Of a stretch of DNA of 64,000 nt, positions 9,642-18,310 are shown piece by piece. Origin of the DNA: Nanobdellota archaeon (GTDB lineage: Archaea > Nanobdellota > Nanobdellia > Pacearchaeales > GW2011-AR1). The first letter of the stretch is position 1. Each line of letters opens with the position of its first letter. The stretch is from the NCBI GenBank assembly GCA_024654565.1, contig JANLHM010000005.1, forward strand, positions 9,239-73,238. The letters are read 5' to 3'. Under the pieces are notes generated by a model. The model saw nothing but the letters and a program-made list of their open reading frames with translations, made no database searches and was not told the DNA's origin. A program made the position numbers and the translations under genes.

Positions 9642-9720
9642 AATAAATTTTACTGGGGCTATGAATAAATTTTACTAAGCCGAGGAATAAATTTTACTAA
9701 AGAGGGGGGTAGATTTTACT
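9642..9720. promoter_or_regulatory. four tandem 22-bp repeats (iteron/operator-like array)
   Basis: aataaattttact starts at 9642, 9664 and 9686, with a degenerate copy ggtagattttact at 9708, giving an exact 22-bp period. The array fills the gap between the wHTH regulator gene and the 9618 start. Confidence 0.7.
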
Positions 9721-9724
9721 AAGG

Positions 9725-10060
9725 CTATATCTTTTTTTTAAGGGTTGAAATCCAATTGTCAACGGTATCTGAAACAACTTTTTTTACAATTTCCCTGTCC
9801 TTAATGCTGTAAAGGAAAAGGTAACCTCCGACTGACTGGTTTATTTGTGAACGCACAACAAGATTTTTTTCATGAAGATTTTTTATTGACCTTTGAATTG
9901 TTGACTTGTCAAGCTTTAGCTTCTTTGAAAGTTCTTCAGTTGTAAATTTTCCAGAGTTTTGGGAGAGGAATTTTAGAAGTTTAAATTCAGACTTCGTTAA
10001 TCCAAGAACACACTTTATAATTTCATCGAGGTTAAACTTTTTACATGCAAAGTCTATCAT
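9725..10060 (-). CDS. winged-helix transcriptional regulator (TrmB/MarR-like)
   Basis: 111 aa. LTKSEFKLLKFLSQNSGKFTTEELSKKLKLDKSTIQRSIKNLHEKNLV is a typical wHTH. Starts 6 nt downstream of the thioredoxin gene on the same strand. Confidence 0.65.
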   Translation of the reverse strand: MIDFACKKFNLDEIIKCVLGLTKSEFKLLKFLSQNSGKFTTEELSKKLKLDKSTIQRSIKNLHEKNLVVRSQINQSVGGYLFLYSIKDREIVKKVVSDTVDNWISTLKKKI

Positions 10061-10066
10061 TATAAA

Positions 10067-10396
10067 TTAAATTTTTTCCAGGAAATGGTCAATTCTTGAT
10101 TTTAGTTGTTCTTCCCCCATGTACCCAACAATCCTTCCGACTTCTTTTTTCCCATTAACAATGACAAGAGCTGGAATTCCTTGTATTTCAAACTGCATTG
10201 CAATCATTTCTTCGTTTTCGGTGTTGAGTCTTGCAAAATTCAATCTCCCTTTATACTCTTCACTAATTTTTTCAAAAACAGGTTTTAACATTTTACATGG
10301 TCCGCACCAGTCTGCATAAAAGTCAATTATTACTGGGACTTCTGACTCAAGAACTTCTTCTTGAAAGTTTTCCATTGTTAAATTTTTTACAATCAT
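10067..10396 (-). CDS. trxA: thioredoxin
   Basis: 109 aa with the WCGPC active site and the thioredoxin-fold pattern (..IDFYADWCGPCKML.P....). Confidence 0.9.
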   Translation of the reverse strand: MIVKNLTMENFQEEVLESEVPVIIDFYADWCGPCKMLKPVFEKISEEYKGRLNFARLNTENEEMIAMQFEIQGIPALVIVNGKKEVGRIVGYMGEEQLKSRIDHFLEKI

Positions 10397-10410
10397 TTTA
10401 TTTTTGAGGA

Positions 10411-10500
10411 TTATTTTTATTTAATTTTATTTAATTTTATTTAATTTTATTTAATTTTATTTAATTTTGCTTTTTTAATTTTGTTTAATTCTTTTTAATT
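10411..10500. repeat. 10-bp tandem repeat tract (phased A/T tracts) upstream of trx
   Basis: ttaattttat occurs four times perfectly (10421-10460), flanked by degenerate copies on both sides, period 10 bp. Confidence 0.8.
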
Positions 10501-10635
10501 ACTGCATAAAATAAGCAGTACTTTATAAACTCTTTTAACAACTGCAAAGAACCTTCAAAATTTTGCAGTTTCAAAAACAAGAAAAGGGACTATCAAATTG
10601 CAAAATTAAAAAAAATCAAAAAAGCATGGGGAAAA

Positions 10636-11196
10636 TTAGTTTTCCATACTTTCAGCAAGTTTGTCTGAAAGAAAAATTTGAGCAATATTTTTTGGAAGAT
10701 TTGAAAACTGCCCTGCAATATACGGACCAAATTTTTCGCCCTCAGGAGAATTAAATTCGTTTACGTCCTCTAAAAAAACTACAAGAACATTTTCTGGTCC
10801 TTCTTCTTTTTCTCCATTAAGGAGACCACTGAGTTTTTTGTCTGAATACTCAATTGACTTCATAAACTCTTCAAAAAGTTCTTTTTCAATCAAAAGCATG
10901 TTTTCAAAATCAAGTTTTGAAATTCCGGTTTCACTTGCAATTAAAACAAGGTTAAGAATTTTTTTCCTTCTTCTTCTTAAGAGCTCGTGAAACAAAGTAA
11001 CTGCATTTTCAAGTTGCTTTTTTGTTTTGATTAAGACATCAGAAAAAGAATTTTCCTCTTTTGACGCTACAGATTTTTTTTCTTCAAGGTAACAAGAGAC
11101 CTCTTTCACAAAATTTTTTGGAATTGGTTGAAGTTTTTCAGAATATCTCTCTTTTTTAGCAGCCTCATAAATATCTTTATAGGTAATCATTTGCAA
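10636..11196 (-). CDS. GINS complex subunit, Gins51-like
   Basis: 186 aa. N-terminal ..YKDIYEAAKKERYSEKLQPIPKNFVKEV.. and C-terminal ..VVFLEDVNEFNSPEGEKFGPYIAGQFSNLPKNIAQIF.. resemble the A and B domains of archaeal Gins51. Pattern recalled from memory. Confidence 0.6.
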   Translation of the reverse strand: MQMITYKDIYEAAKKERYSEKLQPIPKNFVKEVSCYLEEKKSVASKEENSFSDVLIKTKKQLENAVTLFHELLRRRRKKILNLVLIASETGISKLDFENMLLIEKELFEEFMKSIEYSDKKLSGLLNGEKEEGPENVLVVFLEDVNEFNSPEGEKFGPYIAGQFSNLPKNIAQIFLSDKLAESMEN

Positions 11197-11245
11197 AAAA
11201 AGAAACTTTTCTTTTAATATGTTGCTGTACTACTCAAAAATTATT

Positions 11246-11914
11246 TCAAACTTTGTAAACAAAAACTTTGTTATAAGGAATGAACCAATTTGTTGCACTC
11301 TCTCTTGAAGCATTTTCCATTATTTTCCTGAAAAGACGTATTGAATTTCCATGGGCAGAAATTGCAACATTTACTTTATTCTTTTTTACATAAATTTTAA
11401 GCCATTTTATAAAAGATTTTACTCTTTTCTCAACATCTAAAAATGATTCTCCTTTTGGAACTTTGACACTATACCCTCTGTGAATTGCCTCAAATTCTTT
11501 TTCACCAAAAAACCTTTCGACTTGTCTTTTTAATTTGGGGTTTAAATTTTCAATTGCATCCCCTTCCTTCCTTAAGTCATAAGACCTTTTCCCCATTTCT
11601 TCTATAAATGATTTGTGACTCTTTCCCTCTAAAACCCCATAACTTCTTTCAATCATTCTGTCATCAACAATAACCTTTTTACATTCAGGATGAAGTTTAA
11701 TCACGTAATCAAGCGTTTCCTTTGACCTTGAAAGTGAAGTTCTTATTGCAACTTCGAACTTTTCATTTTTAAGTAATTTTCCTATCCTTTTTGCGTCAAG
11801 TTTCCCTCTAAACACCAAATGAGAGTCTTTCCATCCTGTAAACATTCCTTTAACGTTATAGTCTGTCCTTCCATGACGGAAAAGATAAATTTTAAACTCT
11901 TTTTTCCTCTTCAT
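11246..11914 (-). CDS. histidine phosphatase family protein (phosphoglycerate mutase-like)
   Basis: 222 aa. Has the RHG motif (YLFRHGRTDYN) and a distal His (ISAHGNSIR). Confidence 0.8.
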   Translation of the reverse strand: MKRKKEFKIYLFRHGRTDYNVKGMFTGWKDSHLVFRGKLDAKRIGKLLKNEKFEVAIRTSLSRSKETLDYVIKLHPECKKVIVDDRMIERSYGVLEGKSHKSFIEEMGKRSYDLRKEGDAIENLNPKLKRQVERFFGEKEFEAIHRGYSVKVPKGESFLDVEKRVKSFIKWLKIYVKKNKVNVAISAHGNSIRLFRKIMENASRESATNWFIPYNKVFVYKV

Positions 11915-11950
11915 CTATTAAGAATGTTTTTTTATTTTATAATTCTTCCT

Positions 11951-12010
11951 AATAAACCTAAATAAACTTAAAAACGCCTAAATAAACCTGAAAAAAACCT
12001 AAGTAAAAAG
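11951..12010. repeat. 10-bp phased A-tract array in a divergent promoter region
   Basis: aataaaccta/aataaactta/aaaacgccta/aataaacctg/aaaaaaacct/aagtaaaaag are in exact 10-nt register. Confidence 0.6.
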
Positions 12011-12118
12011 AATGTAATCCTTTAAATCTCCAAGAAAATGATTCAACCACAAAATTGAGGACTTTTGTAATTTTCACTTGAGAAAAAAATATTTAAACGT
12101 TTACCCTTTTAATTTTTA

Positions 12119-13333
12119 ATGTTCGGTAAACTAAAGGATAAACTAAAGTCATGGATTGGGAAAGTTTCACAAGAAAAGGAAGATGAAACAGTTAGGAAAA
12201 CTTCAAAAACAAAACTTAATGATAAGGAAGTGTCAACAAAAAAAGAGAAGACAGATAATAAGAAAAAAAGTAAGAAAGAGAGCAATAAAAAAGATAGGGT
12301 AAAGGATAATAAAAAAGATAAAACAAAAATTAAACCAATTGAAGAACATGAATTTGTTGAACCTGAAAAAAAAGTTTTTGATGAAAGCGAAAGAAAAGTA
12401 GGAACTCAAATCTTAAAAGATATAGAAAAAGAAATAGAGAAGGATATAGAAAAAGAAGAAAAAAAGTCTTTTTTTAAGAGCGTTTTCTCTGGGAAAAAAA
12501 TGATTTCGAGTGAAGACTTTAAGGAATATTCTGAAGACCTTGAAATGATTCTTCTTGAAAACAATGTTGCACTTGAAATTGCTGAAAAGATTATTTATGA
12601 TCTGAAAGAAAAAATTGTCGGAAAGGATTTAGAAAAAAAAGAAATCGCAACAATTATCACAAAAAGTTTAAAAGAAATTCTTTTGGAAGTCTTGGTTAAG
12701 CCTTTTGACCTCATTAAAGAAATTGAAGAGAAAAGTTCTCCTTACATCATTTTATTTTGTGGGGTAAACGGGGCAGGAAAAACGACAACAATTGCAAAAT
12801 TTGGAAAATTACTTCAAACAAAAAAAATTAGCGCGGTATTTGCAGCCGGGGACACTTTCAGAGCAGCTTCTATTGAGCAACTCAAAAAACATGGTGAAAA
12901 ATTAGGAATTAATGTGATAAATCATGAATATGGCTCCGACCCTGCTGCAGTAGGATATGATGCAATACAATATGCAAAAAAAAATAAAATTAAAGCGGTT
13001 TTAATTGACACAGCGGGAAGGATGCACACTGCAAAAAATTTACTTCGTGAAATGGAAAAAATAAAAAGAGTTTGTTCTCCAGATAGAGTTATTTTTTTAG
13101 GTGAAGCGATAACCGGAAATGACTCGGTTGAACAGGTTAAAGCATTTGATGAAACAATAGGTTTAGATGGGATCATATTAAGTAAGGCGGACATTGATGA
13201 AAAGGGTGGAACAGCCTTGTCTGTTGGGTACATCACTAAAAAACCCATATTGTTTTTAGGAACAGGTCAAAACTATGAAGACTTGGAAATTTTTGACAAA
13301 GAGAAATTTATTAAGAAACTGGGGTTGGATTAG
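12119..13333 (+). CDS. ftsY: signal recognition particle receptor FtsY
   Basis: 404 aa. Lys/Glu-rich N-terminal region followed by an NG domain with GVNGAGKTTT, DTAGR and SKAD GTPase motifs. Confidence 0.9.
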   Translation: MFGKLKDKLKSWIGKVSQEKEDETVRKTSKTKLNDKEVSTKKEKTDNKKKSKKESNKKDRVKDNKKDKTKIKPIEEHEFVEPEKKVFDESERKVGTQILKDIEKEIEKDIEKEEKKSFFKSVFSGKKMISSEDFKEYSEDLEMILLENNVALEIAEKIIYDLKEKIVGKDLEKKEIATIITKSLKEILLEVLVKPFDLIKEIEEKSSPYIILFCGVNGAGKTTTIAKFGKLLQTKKISAVFAAGDTFRAASIEQLKKHGEKLGINVINHEYGSDPAAVGYDAIQYAKKNKIKAVLIDTAGRMHTAKNLLREMEKIKRVCSPDRVIFLGEAITGNDSVEQVKAFDETIGLDGIILSKADIDEKGGTALSVGYITKKPILFLGTGQNYEDLEIFDKEKFIKKLGLD

Positions 13334-13336
13334 AGA

Positions 13337-13594
13337 TTAATGAACAATCTTGAACCTTTTAACACTAAAAATTGGTTCCTCAAAACCCTTAATATCCTCA
13401 AAATAATACTTTTTATTAACCACCCCCATTAATCTTATCCCATCGCCATAAGATGTACGAACAATTTCACGAATAATATAAGTCTTCCCTTCCTTAGGTA
13501 AATTTAGATCACCCATTCTGTAAGGATTTGTTTTTTCATCATGAAAATCATCATCAACACATTTTACCTCAAGACCTTTTTTGAATCTCCCCAT
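13337..13594 (-). CDS. hypothetical protein
   Basis: 85-aa ORF filling the gap between ftsY and srp54. No motif recognised. Confidence 0.45.
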   Translation of the reverse strand: MGRFKKGLEVKCVDDDFHDEKTNPYRMGDLNLPKEGKTYIIREIVRTSYGDGIRLMGVVNKKYYFEDIKGFEEPIFSVKRFKIVH

Positions 13595-13684
13595 TGTTTG
13601 ATAATTAAAAAATCATTTAAAAATATTTATATGTTATTGGTCCAAACCCAAAAACTTAATAACTTACAAAAAACTCTTAAAAAT

Positions 13685-15052
13685 ATGCTTGAAAGACTAG
13701 GAGAAGCACTGAAAAAAGCAACAGACAGGATATCAAATGCGATATTTTTAGATAAAAATTTAGTGGATACGGTCGTTCGTGAACTTCAAAGGGCATTGAT
13801 TGAAGCAGATGTAAATATCCATTTTGTAAAAGAAATTTCTGAAAGGTTAAGGAAAGTTGCATATGACGAAAAAATTAAAGGAATTGAAAAAAAAGAACAC
13901 TTAATTAAAACTCTTCATGATGAATTGTTGGGAATACTTGGTGAAAATAAAGAGCTAAAGTTAAAGGAAAAAGGGCAAACAGTCATGATGTTTGTTGGCC
14001 TTTATGCTTCAGGTAAAACAACAACTGTTGCAAAGCTTGGTAACTATTTTCAAAAAAGAGGTAAACGTGTTGCACTTGTGGGACTTGATGTCTGGCGTCC
14101 TGCCGCTAAAGAGCAACTTATGCAACTGGGGAAACAGAACAACCTTCATGTTTTTAGTGATTTAGAAGAAAAAGATCCAATTAAGATATGGAAGGGGAAC
14201 AAAAAAAATCTTGAGAAGTATGACTTAATTATTGTTGATACCGCGGGGAGGCATGACCTTGACAAGGAATTAGTTGAAGAAATAAAAAAATTGAATAAGG
14301 AAATAAAACCTGATGAAACAATTTTGGTTATTCCGGGGGACATTGGACAGGCTGCAAAAAATCAAGCAGAAAAGTTTTCAAGTTCTCTTAAAATTACGGG
14401 AGTTATAATCTCAAGGATGGACTCAACTGCAAAAGGTGGGGGAGCAATAAGTGCATGTGCTGAAACAAAGTCAGGAGTTTATTTTATAACAACAGGTGAA
14501 AAAATAAATGACATTGAAATTTTTAATCCTGAATCATTTTTATCCCGTCTCCTTGGAATGGGAGACCTCCAAGCATTAATTGAAAAGGTGAGGTCTGTCA
14601 CTGATGAAAAATCCCAAAAGAAAATTGAGGAAAATATAAAAGAAGGGAAGTTAACACTGGATGACGTTATTGAACAAGTTAAAGGAATGAATTCACTTGG
14701 AGGGTTTGATAAATTAAAGTCCATGGTTCCTGGTCTTGGAAGTGCAAAAATACCTGAGGGAGCACTTGAAACTCAACAGAAAAAAGTTGAGAAGTGGGAG
14801 CACATACTCAAATCAATGAATAAGTTTGAAAAAGAAAACCCGGAAATAATAAAAAAAGAAACTTCAAGAATAGGACGAATTGCTAAAGGTGCAGGAGTTA
14901 ACACTTCTGATGTACGTTCACTCTTAAAACAATATGATATGCTTCAAACAATGGTTAAAGAGTCATCCGACTTTGATATGTCTAATGGAATAAACCCCCG
15001 GCAACTTCAAAAGCTCATGAAAAAGTTTGGAAAAAAGAAGATGAAGTTTTAG
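13685..15052 (+). CDS. srp54: signal recognition particle protein SRP54
   Basis: GLYASGKTTT, DTAGRH and SRMDSTAKGG motifs plus a Met-rich M domain. Start set at the in-frame ATG 13685 (MLERLGEAL..). The 48 upstream codons of the track ORF are not SRP54-like and overlap the neighbouring gene. Confidence 0.9.
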   Translation: MLERLGEALKKATDRISNAIFLDKNLVDTVVRELQRALIEADVNIHFVKEISERLRKVAYDEKIKGIEKKEHLIKTLHDELLGILGENKELKLKEKGQTVMMFVGLYASGKTTTVAKLGNYFQKRGKRVALVGLDVWRPAAKEQLMQLGKQNNLHVFSDLEEKDPIKIWKGNKKNLEKYDLIIVDTAGRHDLDKELVEEIKKLNKEIKPDETILVIPGDIGQAAKNQAEKFSSSLKITGVIISRMDSTAKGGGAISACAETKSGVYFITTGEKINDIEIFNPESFLSRLLGMGDLQALIEKVRSVTDEKSQKKIEENIKEGKLTLDDVIEQVKGMNSLGGFDKLKSMVPGLGSAKIPEGALETQQKKVEKWEHILKSMNKFEKENPEIIKKETSRIGRIAKGAGVNTSDVRSLLKQYDMLQTMVKESSDFDMSNGINPRQLQKLMKKFGKKKMKF

Positions 15053-15092
15053 AATCCATAACGTTTTTAAAAGATTTCACCCATATAAAAAC

Positions 15093-15509
15093 ATGAAGAA
15101 AGAAACAAAATATAAGGCAATAATTTTTTTAATGATTCTTGCCGCAATCTCATCAGTAATTCTTTCATTTGTTTCACTTGAAGAAGCATGTGGGGGGACT
15201 CTAACCGACCCGACAGGATGCACTCTTATTCAGACATCCGAATATGAATCAATGTTTGGAATGAAGAATGCACACATAGGACTCATAATATTTCCAATAC
15301 TTGCAATACTAACTTTTCTTGAACTTAAGAGACCAAAAAAATATCAAAAAACTGCAATAACGCTGGGGATGGCGATAGGTTCACTCATTGCAATATACTT
15401 TTTGTATCTTCAGTTTTTTATATTAAAAGTAATATGTCAATATTGTATGGTTGTTGACATTGCTGTCTTGGCAAGTATGGCGCTGATTATATTTTGGGAT
15501 GAAAATTGA
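15093..15509 (+). CDS. vitamin K epoxide reductase (VKOR) family disulfide-forming membrane protein
   Basis: 138 aa with about 4 TM helices. Has a loop Cys pair (ACGGTLTDPTGC), then ..TSEYESMFGMKNAHIGL.. (the S-x-Y..G.P-like VKOR loop) and a CQYC redox motif at the start of the last helix. Confidence 0.7.
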   Translation: MKKETKYKAIIFLMILAAISSVILSFVSLEEACGGTLTDPTGCTLIQTSEYESMFGMKNAHIGLIIFPILAILTFLELKRPKKYQKTAITLGMAIGSLIAIYFLYLQFFILKVICQYCMVVDIAVLASMALIIFWDEN

Positions 15510-15558
15510 GTTATTCAATATCCAAAAATTTAATAAGTTCACTTTTCTTTAATTTACA

Positions 15559-15747
15559 ATGGTTTTAATTGTTAAGTCCAACATAAAAGGTGTGGTAAAA
15601 GAACTTCAAAAAGGTGTGGAAGACGTGACTTCTGTTGCCGAAGAAGTTGGAACAGCTCTTGAAATTAAAGTCGAAGAACTTTTAGAAAATGCCATAAAAA
15701 GAGCAAAAGCAAATGGAAGAAGAACCCTTCAGGCGAGGGATTTATGA
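15559..15747 (+). CDS. histone-fold / DUF1931-like small protein
   Basis: 62 aa. ..VEELLENAIKRAKANGRRTLQARDL resembles the terminal helix of archaeal histone-fold proteins. Confidence 0.5.
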   Translation: MVLIVKSNIKGVVKELQKGVEDVTSVAEEVGTALEIKVEELLENAIKRAKANGRRTLQARDL

Positions 15748-15799
15748 TTGAGAAACGTGGATTATTCATGCCGATTATAAGTGCTGAGCAGAGGGATTT

Positions 15800-15970
15800 A
15801 TGAAAGGAAAAATAAAATTTCCAATACTTGCAACAATACTTTTAATTTTTGCAGTGTTTTGGTTACTTAATGAATTAGAAGTTCTTATTTTGAACATCCC
15901 ATGGATTCCAATAGTCTTGATAATAATTTCAATTGGACTGATATTTAATAGATTCAGCAAAAATTATTAA
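15800..15970 (+). CDS. small membrane protein (56 aa, below the ORF-track cutoff)
   Basis: Hand translation gives MKGKIKFPILATILLIFAVFWLLNELEVLILNIPWIPIVLIIISIGLIFNRFSKNY. Two clean TM helices make it more protein-like than the antisense track ORF 15775..15960. Confidence 0.4.
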   Translation: MKGKIKFPILATILLIFAVFWLLNELEVLILNIPWIPIVLIIISIGLIFNRFSKNY

Positions 15971-16078
15971 ATATCTTTTGTAAAAAGACTTTTCATTATA
16001 TCTAACCCCATATATAATTTAAAATATAACCTCTTGACATTTCAAAACATTTTTAACTAAAATTTTCTTCCCAGTCTT

Positions 16079-16498
16079 ATGTATTTGAAAAAAAAGGTGA
16101 AGGGAAAACCCATTAAAGAAAAAAGGAAAGTCTCGACGAAGTTTGCAGGAATTCTTGCGTTGATCTCAATAGTTGGTTTCATTGAAATAATATTAACAAG
16201 TTTCTTTGAAATTTCAATTACAGAATACTCTGCATTTCTTTGGCTGACAATAATGGGTGCTGGACTTGTCCTTGCTTCAAAACCTAAATCGCTTTATGAA
16301 ACCTCAAAGAAAAAATTTGATGAAGGGAGTTTTTCACGACTTACAACATTTGTTTTGGGATTGATTGCAATTGTTTCTGCCGTTCTAAGCCTTCCTTTCA
16401 TAAATATAACTCACCCCATACTCTTTGCTTCAATGGGAATTATTTCAATAATTTCAATAATTTTTATTGTTGTCCAAACATGGTTTATAAAACATTGA
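16079..16498 (+). CDS. membrane protein (hypothetical)
   Basis: 139-aa ORF with about 4 hydrophobic helices and a basic N-terminus. Confidence 0.55.
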   Translation: MYLKKKVKGKPIKEKRKVSTKFAGILALISIVGFIEIILTSFFEISITEYSAFLWLTIMGAGLVLASKPKSLYETSKKKFDEGSFSRLTTFVLGLIAIVSAVLSLPFINITHPILFASMGIISIISIIFIVVQTWFIKH

Positions 16499-16585
16499 AG
16501 TATATATTCCATAATATATATTAGATAAGACACTTTCTCTGAATTTATGAATAATTTTTTATAGTTGTTAACTTTGGTTTGAATC

Positions 16586-17137
16586 ATGGGGGAATTTGAA
16601 GAGAATAAAGAGAGAATCAAATATAGAATTAAAGAAATTGTAAAAAAAGTTAATGACCCTAAATATGAGTTGTCATGGGAAAAAGGAGAACCAAAATTTA
16701 AAGACAAGGAAAACATTAAAAGGGGGGGGAATTCCCGAGCGCATGGGGCAAGGTTTGAATTGAAAGTTCGCCATGATTTGGAAGGAAAAGGAAAAATTGT
16801 TGACAAGTGGAATAACAACATTGACCTCTTAACCCAAAAATTAATTATTGCAAAAAAGAAGTTTAACCCTTTTAGAAAATTTATGACGATTGGAACCGGT
16901 TTTCCTGATTTTGTTGCAATTTCACATGTTCGCGACGGGCTTTACAGGGTTATAGGTGTTGAAGTTAAAGTTAATGGAATACTTTCAAAAGAAGAAAAGG
17001 AGAAGTGTAAGTTTTATCTTGAAAAAGAAATTTTTTCAGATATATGGGTTGCAAAAGAAAAAAGAGACTCCCGAAAAATAGAAATCGAATACATTGACTT
17101 TAGAGAGAAATATATGAAAGAAACTAATAAAACTTAA
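16586..17137 (+). CDS. PD-(D/E)xK nuclease, Holliday-junction resolvase (Hjc)-like
   Basis: 183 aa. ..GARFELKVRHDLEGKGKIV.., GFPDFVAI.. and IGVEVKVNG give the E / D / E-x-K arrangement of Hjc-type nucleases. Has an extra ~45-aa N-terminal extension. Confidence 0.5.
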   Translation: MGEFEENKERIKYRIKEIVKKVNDPKYELSWEKGEPKFKDKENIKRGGNSRAHGARFELKVRHDLEGKGKIVDKWNNNIDLLTQKLIIAKKKFNPFRKFMTIGTGFPDFVAISHVRDGLYRVIGVEVKVNGILSKEEKEKCKFYLEKEIFSDIWVAKEKRDSRKIEIEYIDFREKYMKETNKT

Positions 17138-17161
17138 AAATATAAATATACTTATTTACGG

Positions 17162-17884
17162 ATGAAGAAATTTGTTCTGATTACGTTTGTCTTCATAACC
17201 ACTATAAATTTTATCCTTGCGGGAAATATTTCTTTGTCTTACCCTCAAGAAGTTGAAGTTGGAGAAGAGTTTACAATTACTTTAAGCATGATTGACTTTC
17301 CTGAAGGAGGTTATGACATCAAATTTGATACTCACAACTCTATGGGAGAGAACCTTTTTAGAATCTTTGATGGCACTACCTGGAAATCGAGCAATTATTA
17401 CATTAATAACATAATTTCAAATAATGAAGAAAAAGATTTTTTAGTTAAAGTTTTAGAGTACGAAGGAAATATTGATTTTAGAATAAGAATTAGAAAAACT
17501 GGCGCAAGCGCTGTCTTCCTGGATTTTGAAGGGTGTTCAATTACTTCAATTCAAAGTTCAGGGGGAGGGGGTTCGGGAACAAATAACAATTCATCGACGA
17601 CAAACAATAATAACACCAATAGTGATCCCGAAGAGGAGGAAGAGGAAAATGAAGAAGAAGATTATATTAAAAAACTTTCTTCAAACATCCCTCTTGAAAA
17701 AGAGGTTAAAGAAGCAAACTTAACCCCCATAAACTTGAATCCAAAAAATATAAAAAGCTCTGAATCGAAAGAAAATTCAGGAAGTGTTGACTATTCAAAA
17801 TATTCTCTCGTGGCATTTTGTATATTGCTTCTCTTCCTTTACATAATAAAACCAAAAAACAAGAAAAATGAGTTCAAAACCTGA
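17162..17884 (+). CDS. C-terminally anchored surface protein
   Basis: 240 aa. Signal peptide, beta-rich domain, G/N/S/T low-complexity stretch plus DPEEEEEENEEED acidic linker, then a C-terminal hydrophobic helix with a KPKNKKNEFKT tail. Confidence 0.7.
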   Translation: MKKFVLITFVFITTINFILAGNISLSYPQEVEVGEEFTITLSMIDFPEGGYDIKFDTHNSMGENLFRIFDGTTWKSSNYYINNIISNNEEKDFLVKVLEYEGNIDFRIRIRKTGASAVFLDFEGCSITSIQSSGGGGSGTNNNSSTTNNNNTNSDPEEEEEENEEEDYIKKLSSNIPLEKEVKEANLTPINLNPKNIKSSESKENSGSVDYSKYSLVAFCILLLFLYIIKPKNKKNEFKT

Positions 17885-18287
17885 AAAACTAACAGCAATG
17901 ATGATTATAGAAGTCTTGGGAAGACCAAAAGAGCACCTCGTTGAGACTCTTGAAGACTTGTCAATGAAAGTAAATTCGGAGAAAGGACTCAAAATCTTAA
18001 ACAAAAAAATAAATGAACCTAACCTTGTAAAAGACCAAAAAGATCTTTTTACTGCTTTTGTTGAACTGGAGTTTGAAGTTGAAGAGGTGAACACTCTTGC
18101 AATGATTTTGTTCAAATATATGCCATCTCACATCGAAGTTCTTGAGCCAGAGAACTTTGTTTTTAAAAATTTTGAATTTAACGAGTTATTCAATGAGATT
18201 GTAAGAAGACTTCACAGATATGAAGAACTTGTAAGAGTTCTTCAGTTCCAGTTAGAAAAAGAGAAAAATGATAAGGAAAAAAAATAA
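17868..18287 (+). CDS. hypothetical cytoplasmic protein
   Basis: 139-aa ORF with a 17-nt overlap with the upstream gene. Coiled-coil-like C-terminus. No motif recognised. Confidence 0.5.
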   Translation: MSSKPEKLTAMMIIEVLGRPKEHLVETLEDLSMKVNSEKGLKILNKKINEPNLVKDQKDLFTAFVELEFEVEEVNTLAMILFKYMPSHIEVLEPENFVFKNFEFNELFNEIVRRLHRYEELVRVLQFQLEKEKNDKEKK

Positions 18288-18310
18288 ATTTTTTAAAGTA
18301 AATAATAAAA

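Noticed and set aside
10563-10754. Plus-strand 63-aa ORF, and similar short antisense ORFs across the window (e.g. 12922-13248, 23725-24108, 29905-30330, 59427-59834).
   Set aside because: Each is embedded antisense in a longer ORF with clear family motifs. These are typical shadow ORFs of AT-rich coding DNA.
13541-13684. Long N-terminal extensions in track ORFs for SRP54 (13541), the RelE-like gene (36655), aIF5A (53477) and the HAD hydrolase (58829).
   Set aside because: The extensions are hydrophobic or AT-rich read-through of promoter regions or overlap neighbouring genes. Internal ATGs give family-typical N-termini, and for aIF5A correct TATA spacing.
15775-15960. 61-aa minus-strand track ORF (TTG start).
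   Set aside because: A 56-aa plus-strand ORF with an ATG start and two clean TM helices covers the same DNA and is co-oriented with its neighbours. Neither is certain.
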